This document shows positions 56,149 through 64,000 of a DNA stretch of 64,000 bases, piece by piece (the stretch's first letter is position 1; each line of letters starts with the position of its first letter). The DNA is from an uncultured archaeon (GTDB taxonomy: Archaea > CAYFZR01): positions 4,778 to 68,777 of the forward strand of contig CAYFZR010000018.1 in the NCBI GenBank assembly GCA_964347835.1, given 5' to 3'. A program made the position numbers and the translations under genes. Under the pieces are notes generated by a model, which saw nothing but the letters and a program-made list of their open reading frames with translations, was not told the DNA's origin and made no database searches.

Positions 56149-57378
56149 TCACCTCTCGCTCCATGAAGGTGTGGGAAACCTAACCTCCTTGATTACCACA
56201 TAGCTGGGCCACACGAATTCCTTTTTTCCCTCCTGCCACTGGATTATAAAGAAGCCGTGACCTACTTGAAGGCCTGTCTCGTCTACCTTGTAGCCTCCAA
56301 AGACAGTCTTTGTATCCATCTGGGCCATGGTCTCACGGAGTTTCTCCTTGTCCAGAGAACCGACCTGTTTGATCGCCTTTTCAAGGATCTCGCAGGCGGC
56401 ATATCCTCCAGCAGAGTGATAGTCAGGATCCCTGTTCCACATGGCCCTGTAGTCGTTAACGAACTTTTCGTTGCCCGGCGTCTTTAAAATCGGCTCCCAC
56501 TGAGTACTGCCGTAGACGTATTCCGCGTCCTTACCCAGAGACTCGTAGAATTCCGGGAGCGCCGGTCCTACGGTAAAGGCAAGCATCTTGGGATTCACGT
56601 CTAGGTCCTTTGCCTGCCTTGTTATCTGCACCGCATCCGGAAGATATGTGCCGCCAATTATTACGTCAGGGTTTAAAGTCTTGATTTTAATAAGCAAAGG
56701 CGAGTAATCAGGCGTATCCCTCGCATATTCCTCATGGAAAACCACCTGCATGCCGACTTCCTTAGCACTGTCTATAGCACCCTGCGCCGCCCCCTTGGCA
56801 AATGCAGTGTCCTCATTTATCACGGCAACCGTCTTCAACCCATTTTTGGACGCTATTTCTATGACACCGTCCATGTAATACTTGTCAGGCGAGTATATCT
56901 GGAAAATGTATTTGTAGCCCCGCTCCCAGATTGTGGTAGCCGCCGATCCCGGAGCCAGAGTCGGGTATCCGTACTTTTCTGTTACCGTGCTCACAGCCGA
57001 GGTTACTGGACTGCTGTAGGGCCCGAAGACTAAGTCAACTTTGTCTTCTGTTATGAGTTTCTCATAAAGCTTAGCTCCTGTGGTAGGGTCGCTCTTGTCG
57101 TCGTATATTATGAATTTCACCTCTCTGCCCAGGAGTCCGCCCCTGGCATTGACTTCCTTTTCCCAGAGCAAGAATGCCTCCTTCTGGTAAAGTCCTGTCT
57201 TAGCGTATTTTCCTGTCGCAGAGACTGAAGCACCGATGAGTATAGGTTTCTTCACAGCCTCTTCCGCTTTCAGACATCCCGTAATAGAAAGGATGAGCAA
57301 AGCGCTGACCGCTAAAGCGACTACAAACTTGAGGAGTCTCCGCCTATTCTTGGGTGAATCAAAAACTATTTTATCCAA
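56149..57378 (-). CDS. livK: LivK/LivJ-type periplasmic substrate-binding protein (operon 1)
   Basis: 409 aa with an N-terminal anchor and lipobox-like 'SITGC'. It has type I PBP motifs 'IGASVSATGKYA' and 'DLVFGPYSS'. Confidence 0.85.
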   Translation of the reverse strand: MDKIVFDSPKNRRRLLKFVVALAVSALLILSITGCLKAEEAVKKPILIGASVSATGKYAKTGLYQKEAFLLWEKEVNARGGLLGREVKFIIYDDKSDPTTGAKLYEKLITEDKVDLVFGPYSSPVTSAVSTVTEKYGYPTLAPGSAATTIWERGYKYIFQIYSPDKYYMDGVIEIASKNGLKTVAVINEDTAFAKGAAQGAIDSAKEVGMQVVFHEEYARDTPDYSPLLIKIKTLNPDVIIGGTYLPDAVQITRQAKDLDVNPKMLAFTVGPALPEFYESLGKDAEYVYGSTQWEPILKTPGNEKFVNDYRAMWNRDPDYHSAGGYAACEILEKAIKQVGSLDKEKLRETMAQMDTKTVFGGYKVDETGLQVGHGFFIIQWQEGKKEFVWPSYVVIKEVRFPTPSWSER

Positions 57379-57545
57379 CGTTCACACCCCCTATAATTTG
57401 CCTATAATATAATGTGGTTATAATAGTTACTATATTTATATATCTTGGCTAAATTTCTGGAACACTTTAATACCAAAAAAAATTTAGGATTGATAGTTAA
57501 TCCACATCCTTAAATAAGGAGCAGGAATCCACTAAGTGGGGGAGA

Positions 57546-57683
57546 GTGTACGTGGATCTTAAATATACAAATATAACGATTAAAGATATTTTCGATACAA
57601 TTTGGTTTATTTTGGTCTTTTCTGCTGTTATGGCCATATTTATCTTTTCACTCATGATTATCTGGAGCATTTTAGTTGGATAG
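57546..57683 (+). CDS. possible 45-aa single-TM micro-protein
   Basis: My own reading: GTG-YVDLKYTNITIKDIFDTIWFILVFSAVMAIFIFSLMIIWSILVG-TAG, with 'GGGGGAG' just upstream. There is no other support. Confidence 0.2.
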   Translation: MYVDLKYTNITIKDIFDTIWFILVFSAVMAIFIFSLMIIWSILVG

Positions 57684-57749
57684 AGAGCGACGCAATCATT
57701 ATTAAGAATAAGATTAAGGAGTTTATATCTCCCTAAGCGAGGGCTTCAT

Positions 57750-57935
57750 GTGAGGGAAAGAGGATTCTGTGTAAGATGTGGTAGCGGTAGGTTAATATTT
57801 GGTGTTCTTGGTACTACGGTCCAAATATATGAGTGTAAGGATTGTGGATATCGGGGGCCTATAATAATTGAAAACGGAGAATTAGCCGAAAAACTCAGGA
57901 AGATCTATGCAGAGAAAAAGAAGAACGAACTCTAA
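57750..57935 (+). CDS. small zinc-ribbon protein
   Basis: 61 aa with 'CVRCG' and 'CKDCG' pairs. Confidence 0.45.
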   Translation: MRERGFCVRCGSGRLIFGVLGTTVQIYECKDCGYRGPIIIENGELAEKLRKIYAEKKKNEL

Positions 57936-58058
57936 ATTTCTCTTTTTCTAACTTTATGTATTAATGCAGAAATAAGATTCTTATATTAAGAGATTTTAGT
58001 AAGACTAAAAAATAACTCAGTTATAATAAAACTCTAGTAACTGGATTGGGGAGTAGAA

Positions 58059-58259
58059 ATGAAATTCGAATGTAAGAGTTGTAATCATGAATTTACCATA
58101 TCAGAGGGGGCTTTTTTCCTACTTTGTGATTCTTGTTTAAGATGTCCTGAATGTAGAGGGAACAATCTTGTTAGGAGGCCCGAAGAACGACTAAAAACTG
58201 GTAATGGTTTAGAGAGGGGACTTTCCCATCTTAGAAATCTTTTGAAAAACCTGCTCTGA
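58059..58259 (+). CDS. small zinc-ribbon protein
   Basis: 66 aa with 'CKSCN', 'CDSC' and 'CPEC' motifs. Confidence 0.45.
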   Translation: MKFECKSCNHEFTISEGAFFLLCDSCLRCPECRGNNLVRRPEERLKTGNGLERGLSHLRNLLKNLL

Positions 58260-58267
58260 AGAAAATG

Positions 58268-59518
58268 TTACCCAAACTTTATTCCTATCATATCTTGAAT
58301 CATTATTTTTTCTAAATTTTCTTCTTCGAGGATTTTCATGGTATTTTCGATTCCTTTTGGGTTGTCTGACAATATTATTAGAGTAAATCTCCCTCTCTCC
58401 CCATTTAAATAGACTAAAGTTGTATTTTTTTTGTCAAAATTGCCTACCTTTTTTATCTCTACGTCCTTGTCCCTAATTTTTATATCGTTTAGGTAGTGAG
58501 AGACCTCAATCGAAGAATCATAAAGTCCCAAATAGACCATGTCATGTTCAGTGGTCTGATAGTTTGTTATTTTAGAAGAAATACCTTTCTTTTCTAGAAA
58601 AGTTCTTAAAGTAATTCCATTCTTCATTAGATTTCTATTAGTAAGTGTAATATGAGTATTTTCCTTTAGAAAGTAGGGGAAGTCGGATAAATGGTAAATC
58701 CTCCTTGAAGTGATTAAAAAATCAACAATATTGGATATGAATTGATTATTTTGTGCAACATCGTTATATGGTTGTTTCATAAACGTACCATCACCCAAAG
58801 CTAAGACAGATCCCTTCGTTATCGCGGGGGAGTACCTGCCAACCTCCTCCTTCTTGGATGAGTATGTATCATTGCTGGTGAAAATTATTCCATTTTCTTT
58901 GGGATTCAGGGAACTGGCTGAGAAAAAGACTATTTTCTTAAGGTTTGCGGTTAGATTGTTCGAGTAAAAATCTTTCAAGAATATATTTCTGAAATTCCCT
59001 TCATTTTCTCTCAAGTTGTATAGATAATCATCCCTAAATAGGATTCCGAAAAGTGTAGATACATCGTTTATGTCGCTTCTCTTATCTGGATCTCCAATTA
59101 ATAATATTTTTCCATTTTTTTGAACGAAGTATTGTAGGTTTGCCTTTTCTTCGGAAGAAAATCCTTTTCTTGGGGATATTATTACGAAAGAATCAGCATA
59201 TTTTAATTTTTGTCTAAAATTATTTGCATTTTTTAGATACTCGACATTTCCTCCTGCTGAGACTATATTAGAGACCAATATACCGACGTCTTTAGGTTCA
59301 AAGTTGTTTTCGTGAGAGAGGTCGAATATAACTGTCCCTTTGTCCCTTATACCCTCTTCTGTGATGTATTCAGCAGTAGGGATTACCTCTATTTGGCTCA
59401 CATTGTACGGTGCTATGTCTAAAGGAGAATAAATTCCTCTGTAGTAATAAACGGTTCGTACCGAAAGAACCAGAAGAAAAATAACCATGAATACATACAG
59501 TCTACGCAAGTCACTCAC
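58268..59518 (-). CDS. N-terminally membrane-anchored protein, possibly DUF4350/GldG-like
   Basis: 416 aa with one N-terminal TM. 'VIFDLSHENNF' resembles DUF4350-type proteins, but the recollection is weak. It overlaps sppA copy 2 by 8 nt. Confidence 0.35.
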   Translation of the reverse strand: MSDLRRLYVFMVIFLLVLSVRTVYYYRGIYSPLDIAPYNVSQIEVIPTAEYITEEGIRDKGTVIFDLSHENNFEPKDVGILVSNIVSAGGNVEYLKNANNFRQKLKYADSFVIISPRKGFSSEEKANLQYFVQKNGKILLIGDPDKRSDINDVSTLFGILFRDDYLYNLRENEGNFRNIFLKDFYSNNLTANLKKIVFFSASSLNPKENGIIFTSNDTYSSKKEEVGRYSPAITKGSVLALGDGTFMKQPYNDVAQNNQFISNIVDFLITSRRIYHLSDFPYFLKENTHITLTNRNLMKNGITLRTFLEKKGISSKITNYQTTEHDMVYLGLYDSSIEVSHYLNDIKIRDKDVEIKKVGNFDKKNTTLVYLNGERGRFTLIILSDNPKGIENTMKILEEENLEKIMIQDMIGIKFG

Positions 59519-60365
59519 CTTGTTCTATGTACAAGAAATGTACCGAGGGTATGGTGTTTGTAGGTTCCAACACAGTTTCATTTACGCGTAGATGAAATTG
59601 AAGTCTACTAATCTTCAACTCCTTATTTAAATCAATTATTTCATAGTTCGCTATGTGAGCATACTGAGCAGCCTTCTCTATGGCATCTTCTCTTGAGCCT
59701 ATTTCATCTATAAGACCAGATTTTAATGCTTCGATCCCTACGTATGAGTTTCCCGTGGAGAGTTCTTCTCTTCCTATCTTTAGTCTGTCTTCTCTTTGTT
59801 TAATTACATTGCTCAAAAAGACCTCTTTTATTGTTTCTACTTCATAGATGAATTCTTTTCTTGAAATGGCTCTTTTAAATGGACCTGTAACTATCAAATT
59901 TTCGTCAAGTTCCGCTGGTTCAGGTAGAATGGCTACTACTCCTATACTTCCAACAAAAGAGGCAGGTTTTGCATATATGTAGTTGGATGCGGTTGCAATA
60001 TAGTAGGCCCCAGATAGTCCACCGCCATCAATGCATGCTACTACGGGCTTTTCTCTCCTTAGTTTAATCGCTTCCATATAAATTTCTTCGCAAGCAAAAG
60101 CACTTCCTCCTGGACTATCGATCTCCAAAACAACCGCCCTTATGCTCTTATTTTCTTTGGCATATTTCAGCATGCTATTGATATCATCTAAGTAACTGGT
60201 ACTCTCAATCGGACCATAAATCTTTATCAATCCGACGTATGGCTTCGGTACTAGTAGGAAAGAAATCAATATACTTGAAACCAATGATACTATAGCAATG
60301 AACAACAACGAATCTTTCAATCCCTTTATATACTCGATCTTATCCAATTTAGACACTTTCTTCAA
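59511..60365 (-). CDS. sppA: signal peptide peptidase SppA, copy 2
   Basis: Has an N-terminal TM, 'IDSPGG' and 'GLSGAYYIA'. Confidence 0.8.
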   Translation of the reverse strand: MKKVSKLDKIEYIKGLKDSLLFIAIVSLVSSILISFLLVPKPYVGLIKIYGPIESTSYLDDINSMLKYAKENKSIRAVVLEIDSPGGSAFACEEIYMEAIKLRREKPVVACIDGGGLSGAYYIATASNYIYAKPASFVGSIGVVAILPEPAELDENLIVTGPFKRAISRKEFIYEVETIKEVFLSNVIKQREDRLKIGREELSTGNSYVGIEALKSGLIDEIGSREDAIEKAAQYAHIANYEIIDLNKELKISRLQFHLRVNETVLEPTNTIPSVHFLYIEQGE

Positions 60366-60425
60366 AATAAGTAAGCATCCCCCATAAAAATCTATTGGAA
60401 TAATTCATATGGTTAGATGGTTAAG

Positions 60426-60557
60426 ATGCAAAAATGTCCATTAAGTGATAGATTCCATGATTATTTAAAGAAAATCAAAAGATTAGAGGAATATGACAAA
60501 AATTACATGAATTTGATGAAAAACTGCATGGTCGATTGCGATATCTGTAAAGTATGA
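60426..60557 (+). CDS. possible 43-aa Cys-containing micro-protein
   Basis: My own reading: MQKCPLSDRFHDYLKKIKRLEEYDKNYMNLMKNCMVDCDICKV. It is followed by a 9-bp hairpin. There is no other support. Confidence 0.2.
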   Translation: MQKCPLSDRFHDYLKKIKRLEEYDKNYMNLMKNCMVDCDICKV

Positions 60558-60640
60558 TATGCTTTAGCATGTCATATTTATAAAAGAAAGGGTTGAGAAT
60601 TAAAACAATTAAGAAAAGAGTTGGGGATGAGCGATCGATT

Positions 60641-61507
60641 ATGGTTGAAGTATCCCAGTTGCTGGTTAACGGTATTATCCTCGGAAGCATCATTTCACTT
60701 TCAGCTATAGGTCTTTCTTTAGTTTACGGAATCCTAAATTTAGCTAACTTCGCGCACGGTGACTACCTCACCTTAGGGGCTTATGGAGCATTCTTTGCGA
60801 GTGTATTCCTCGGATTTAATCTAATCATAGGAATTTTCGCGGGTATAGCGCTTACAGTGCTCATAGGATTGCTTCTTGATAGGTTTATATGGAAGCCTAT
60901 GAGGGATAAAAAAGCGGGTTTGGTAACGCTTCTTATAATCGCGATTGGCGTTTCTTATCTTTTGAGGTATTCCATCCAAGCCCTATGGGGAGCGCGAATA
61001 AGGACTTTTGGTCTCCCAATAAGGGAAGGAATGCCATTGCTTGGAGCCAAGATTACGCACGTACAGATAGCCATAATCGTACTGGCATTTTTGCTCATGT
61101 TTCTCATGCATTATATACTCAGGTACACCAAGATAGGCAAGGCAATGCGCGCTTGTTCAGACGACATAGATCTAGCAAGAGTTTCGGGAATAGATGTAGA
61201 TAAAGTGATATTCTGGACATGGGTTATTGCCTGCTCGCTCTCAGCAATAGCAGGGATAATGCTCGGTCTCGACACGCATATAAGGCCGCCTATGGGATGG
61301 AATCTGTTACTTCCTTTGTTCGCAGCCGTTATTCTGGGCGGCATAGGAAGCGCTTATGGAGCGATGGCTGGCGGAATGATAATAGGCATGTCACAAGAGC
61401 TTAGCGTTGCAGTACTTCCATCTCAATACAAACCAGCGGTTTCCTTCGCTATAATGATAGCGGTTATATTGGTTAAACCTACAGGAATTTTCAGGGGGGA
61501 GAGGTAA
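60641..61507 (+). CDS. livH: branched-chain amino acid ABC transporter permease LivH (operon 2)
   Basis: Starts 'MVEVSQLLVNGIILGS' and contains 'NFAHGDYLTLGAY'. The track ORF starts at TTG 60593, which lies upstream of a TATA-like box. Confidence 0.85.
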   Translation: MVEVSQLLVNGIILGSIISLSAIGLSLVYGILNLANFAHGDYLTLGAYGAFFASVFLGFNLIIGIFAGIALTVLIGLLLDRFIWKPMRDKKAGLVTLLIIAIGVSYLLRYSIQALWGARIRTFGLPIREGMPLLGAKITHVQIAIIVLAFLLMFLMHYILRYTKIGKAMRACSDDIDLARVSGIDVDKVIFWTWVIACSLSAIAGIMLGLDTHIRPPMGWNLLLPLFAAVILGGIGSAYGAMAGGMIIGMSQELSVAVLPSQYKPAVSFAIMIAVILVKPTGIFRGER

Positions 61508-62433
61508 TGCCTGCTCTGGAGTATATTTTGTTTATCGTAACCGTTGCGTGCATATACGCAATATTCTGCTTTGGACTCAACCTGCAGTGGGGATACACCG
61601 GGCTTTTAAACATTGGACACGTCGCATTTTTAACAGTGGGGGCATATACATCTGCTCGTCTAACTCTCCCAGAGCCTTGGGGTCTGGGTGCTCCATTTCC
61701 CGTAGGTCTTCTAGCAGGAATGCTTATCGCAGCTATATTCGCATATCTTATAGGCATACCGACTCTCCGGCTAAGAGAAGATTATCTGGCGATTGTAACG
61801 TTAGGTTTCGCCGAAATTCTGCGACTCGTCATACTGAACGAGATGTGGCTGACCAACGGTCCAATCGGTTTGCCTGGAATTCCCCAGCCTCTTCGTGGTG
61901 TAATCTCAAGATATGATGTATTTTATTTTATTCTCGTGCTCTCTGCGCTTTTGATCTCATATTTAACCCTAGAAAAAATCGCTAATTCGCCATGGGGAAG
62001 AGTTTTAAAGGCTATAAGAGAGGATGAGGATGTAGCAAAGGCGCTAGGAAAGGATGTTACGGGATACAAGAAGCAGTCCCTTGTTCTGGGCTCTGCTATT
62101 GCAGGAGGCGCTGGCTCTCTCCTCGCGCACTTCTTTACCTACATAAGCCCTGACCTCTTCACCCATATGCAGACTTTCTATGCATGGATAGTGGTTGTCC
62201 TAGGGGGAAGCGGTAACAATAAGGGCACTGTTTTGGGAGCTCTTTTGATAACCACATTTCTGGAGGGTACCCGTTTCCTAAAGGACTTCTTTCCAATAGG
62301 AATAGGACCTGACAGGATTGCAGCTATACGCTTGATGGTAGTAGGCATTTTGTTGATCGTGTTGATGATGCGGAGACCAGAAGGATTATTGGGGGAGAAG
62401 AAGTTCGTGACAGAATTGTTAGAAATGGAATAA
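61507..62433 (+). CDS. livM: branched-chain amino acid ABC transporter permease LivM (operon 2)
   Basis: 308-aa polytopic ORF containing 'GYTGLLNIGHVAFLTVGAY'. Confidence 0.85.
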   Translation: MPALEYILFIVTVACIYAIFCFGLNLQWGYTGLLNIGHVAFLTVGAYTSARLTLPEPWGLGAPFPVGLLAGMLIAAIFAYLIGIPTLRLREDYLAIVTLGFAEILRLVILNEMWLTNGPIGLPGIPQPLRGVISRYDVFYFILVLSALLISYLTLEKIANSPWGRVLKAIREDEDVAKALGKDVTGYKKQSLVLGSAIAGGAGSLLAHFFTYISPDLFTHMQTFYAWIVVVLGGSGNNKGTVLGALLITTFLEGTRFLKDFFPIGIGPDRIAAIRLMVVGILLIVLMMRRPEGLLGEKKFVTELLEME

Positions 62434-62445
62434 TCAGGTGTAGCA

Positions 62446-63195
62446 ATGTTAGAGATATTGAATATATCAAAGAGCTTTGGAGGTATCAAGGCTGTAAACG
62501 ATTGTAGCCTTGAGATAGAGGAAAATTCTATAACAGGATTGATAGGTCCTAATGGCGCTGGAAAAAGCACCCTCTTCGATCTAATAACAGGCTTCTATAA
62601 GGCGGACAGAGGTGAGATATATTTCAAAAAGGGGCGCATCTCCGGTTTGGAACCGCATTTAATAGCTCTTAAAGGCGTTGTGAGGACATTTCAAATACCA
62701 AGACCTCTCCCTAAGATGACCGTACTGGAAAACATGCTGCTTTCTCCCAAAAAACAGCAAGGCGAGAATATTTTTGGAGTGCTGCTTCGTCCCTCCTTTG
62801 TAAAGGAACAGGAAGGAAAAAATCTAGAAAAGGCATTAAATCTTTTAAAATTTATGAATCTTTTTGAATTAAAAGACGAATATGCAGGAAATCTTTCAAC
62901 AGGACAGATGAAACTCCTTGAGCTAGCTAGAGCTCTAATGGTAGATCCTGAGTTATTATTGCTCGATGAGCCTGTAGCCGGCGTACATCCTGTTCTTGCG
63001 AAAGAACTCCTCGATCATATAAGGGAGCTCAAGAAGAAAGGAAAGACTTTTTTTGTAGTAGAACACAACATGGAAGTTATGATGGAGCTCTGTGAGCATA
63101 TATTCGTCATGCATAACGGTAAAGTCATATCATCAGGGAGTCCCGAAGAAATAAGAAACGATGAAAGGGTGTTGGATGCTTATCTAGGAGAATAA
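62446..63195 (+). CDS. livG: branched-chain amino acid ABC transporter ATP-binding protein LivG (operon 2)
   Basis: Walker A 'GPNGAGKST' and signature 'LSTGQMKLLE'. Confidence 0.9.
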   Translation: MLEILNISKSFGGIKAVNDCSLEIEENSITGLIGPNGAGKSTLFDLITGFYKADRGEIYFKKGRISGLEPHLIALKGVVRTFQIPRPLPKMTVLENMLLSPKKQQGENIFGVLLRPSFVKEQEGKNLEKALNLLKFMNLFELKDEYAGNLSTGQMKLLELARALMVDPELLLLDEPVAGVHPVLAKELLDHIRELKKKGKTFFVVEHNMEVMMELCEHIFVMHNGKVISSGSPEEIRNDERVLDAYLGE

Positions 63196-63199
63196 AAAA

Positions 63200-63904
63200 T
63201 TGATACTCAACGTAAAAAATCTGGTTTCGGGTTATGCCGATTTGGATATACTAAAGGGCGTTTCAATAGCGATAGAAAGCGATGAAATAGTCGCTGTAAT
63301 CGGTCCCAATGGTGCTGGAAAAAGCACTCTAATGAAAACGATATTCGGTCTTTTAAGACCCAGAAACGGCGAAATTACTTTTCAAGGCGAGAACATAGTT
63401 GGTCTAAGACCTGACGAAATAGTAAAAAGGGGCGTGAGTTACGTACCCCAATCAAAGAACATTTTCCCTTCTTTGAGAGTAGAAGAAAACCTCGAGATGG
63501 GCGCATTTACCCTTGAGGATGAAAAGGTTGAAGAGGCTCTGAAAAACGTTTACTCTCTATTTCCCTTATTGGAAGAAAGGAAGGGGCAGCGTGCAGGAAG
63601 TTTAAGCGGCGGTGAGCAGCAGATGCTTGCAATAGGAAGAGCATTAATGCTAAGCCCAAAACTTCTGCTCTTAGACGAGCCTTCCGGAGGTCTGGCGCCA
63701 AAACTTGTGAAGGGAGTATTTGAAAAAATAAGGGATATAAATCAACTCGGAGTTGCAGTTATAATAGTTGAGCAGAATGCGAAGAAGGCACTTGATGAAT
63801 CCCATAGAGGATACGTTCTCGACATGGGTAGAAATAGAATAGAAGGCTTTGGAAAAGATCTTTTAAAAAATGAAGAGGTAAGGAGATTGTACCTCGGAGG
63901 TTAA
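63200..63904 (+). CDS. livF: branched-chain amino acid ABC transporter ATP-binding protein LivF (operon 2)
   Basis: TTG start. Walker A 'GPNGAGKST', signature 'LSGGEQQML' and C-terminal 'VRRLYLGG'. Confidence 0.9.
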   Translation: MILNVKNLVSGYADLDILKGVSIAIESDEIVAVIGPNGAGKSTLMKTIFGLLRPRNGEITFQGENIVGLRPDEIVKRGVSYVPQSKNIFPSLRVEENLEMGAFTLEDEKVEEALKNVYSLFPLLEERKGQRAGSLSGGEQQMLAIGRALMLSPKLLLLDEPSGGLAPKLVKGVFEKIRDINQLGVAVIIVEQNAKKALDESHRGYVLDMGRNRIEGFGKDLLKNEEVRRLYLGG

Positions 63905-63908
63905 CCTC

Positions 63909-64000
63909 CTAAATTTTCACCATCTTAACCGATCTGATCTTACCCTTCTCGAACTCCCAAAGTTCGAAATCTCCACCTACGTCTCCGTTCTCGTCGAAGG
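63909..64000 (-). CDS. 3' end of a convergent gene, probably a LivK-type substrate-binding protein (partial)
   Basis: The reverse strand reads '..FDENGDVGGDFELWEFEKGKIRSVKMVKI*', which resembles the C-terminus of type I amino-acid binding proteins. Confidence 0.45.
   Translation of the reverse strand, partial: FDENGDVGGDFELWEFEKGKIRSVKMVKI

Noticed and set aside
63930-63970. tRNA-like T-arm string (GTTCGAAATC) and local palindrome
   Set aside because: It lies inside the coding 3' end of the binding-protein-like gene, and no acceptor or anticodon arms can be drawn. I found no convincing tRNA or rRNA anywhere in the window.

Overview
This is a densely coded, AT-rich archaeal chromosomal segment; sampled 60-nt lines mostly count 30-40% GC. 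Archaeal hallmarks include aEF-1beta, a membrane-inserted LonB protease, a THUMP/Trm-G10 methyltransferase, Dpo4, Ogg2, a class III (prepilin-type) signal peptide, F420 reductase, methanofuran-type biosynthesis genes and a class II-like HMG-CoA reductase. I did not try to place it more precisely. About 70 genes could be called by motif recognition only, since no searches were possible. I saw no rRNA, tRNA, CRISPR array, transposase or integrase.

The points most worth follow-up are:
1. A translationally coupled LonB-TldD-TldE-radical SAM block (42.6-48.3 kb).
2. A long co-directional array that joins mfnE/F/D-like genes to two tandem PIG-L deacetylases and an AsnB-like amidotransferase (28.3-33.5 kb).
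3. Families of short hairpins with compensatory stem substitutions in two convergent intergenic regions (1.79-2.03 kb and 48.3-48.5 kb).
4. A 1-kb GC-rich single-gene island encoding an ArsS-like radical SAM/Cys-rich protein (40.1-41.1 kb).
5. A GC-rich LIV-type ABC operon whose border carries a 125-nt livF 3' duplicate, a deletion remnant, and a crotonase gene interrupted by one in-frame TAG (51.7-53.0 kb).
6. A trmB-usp-split RND exporter operon divergent from a CARDB/S-layer-like gene.

None of these is shown to be a new system. All functional proposals are inference.
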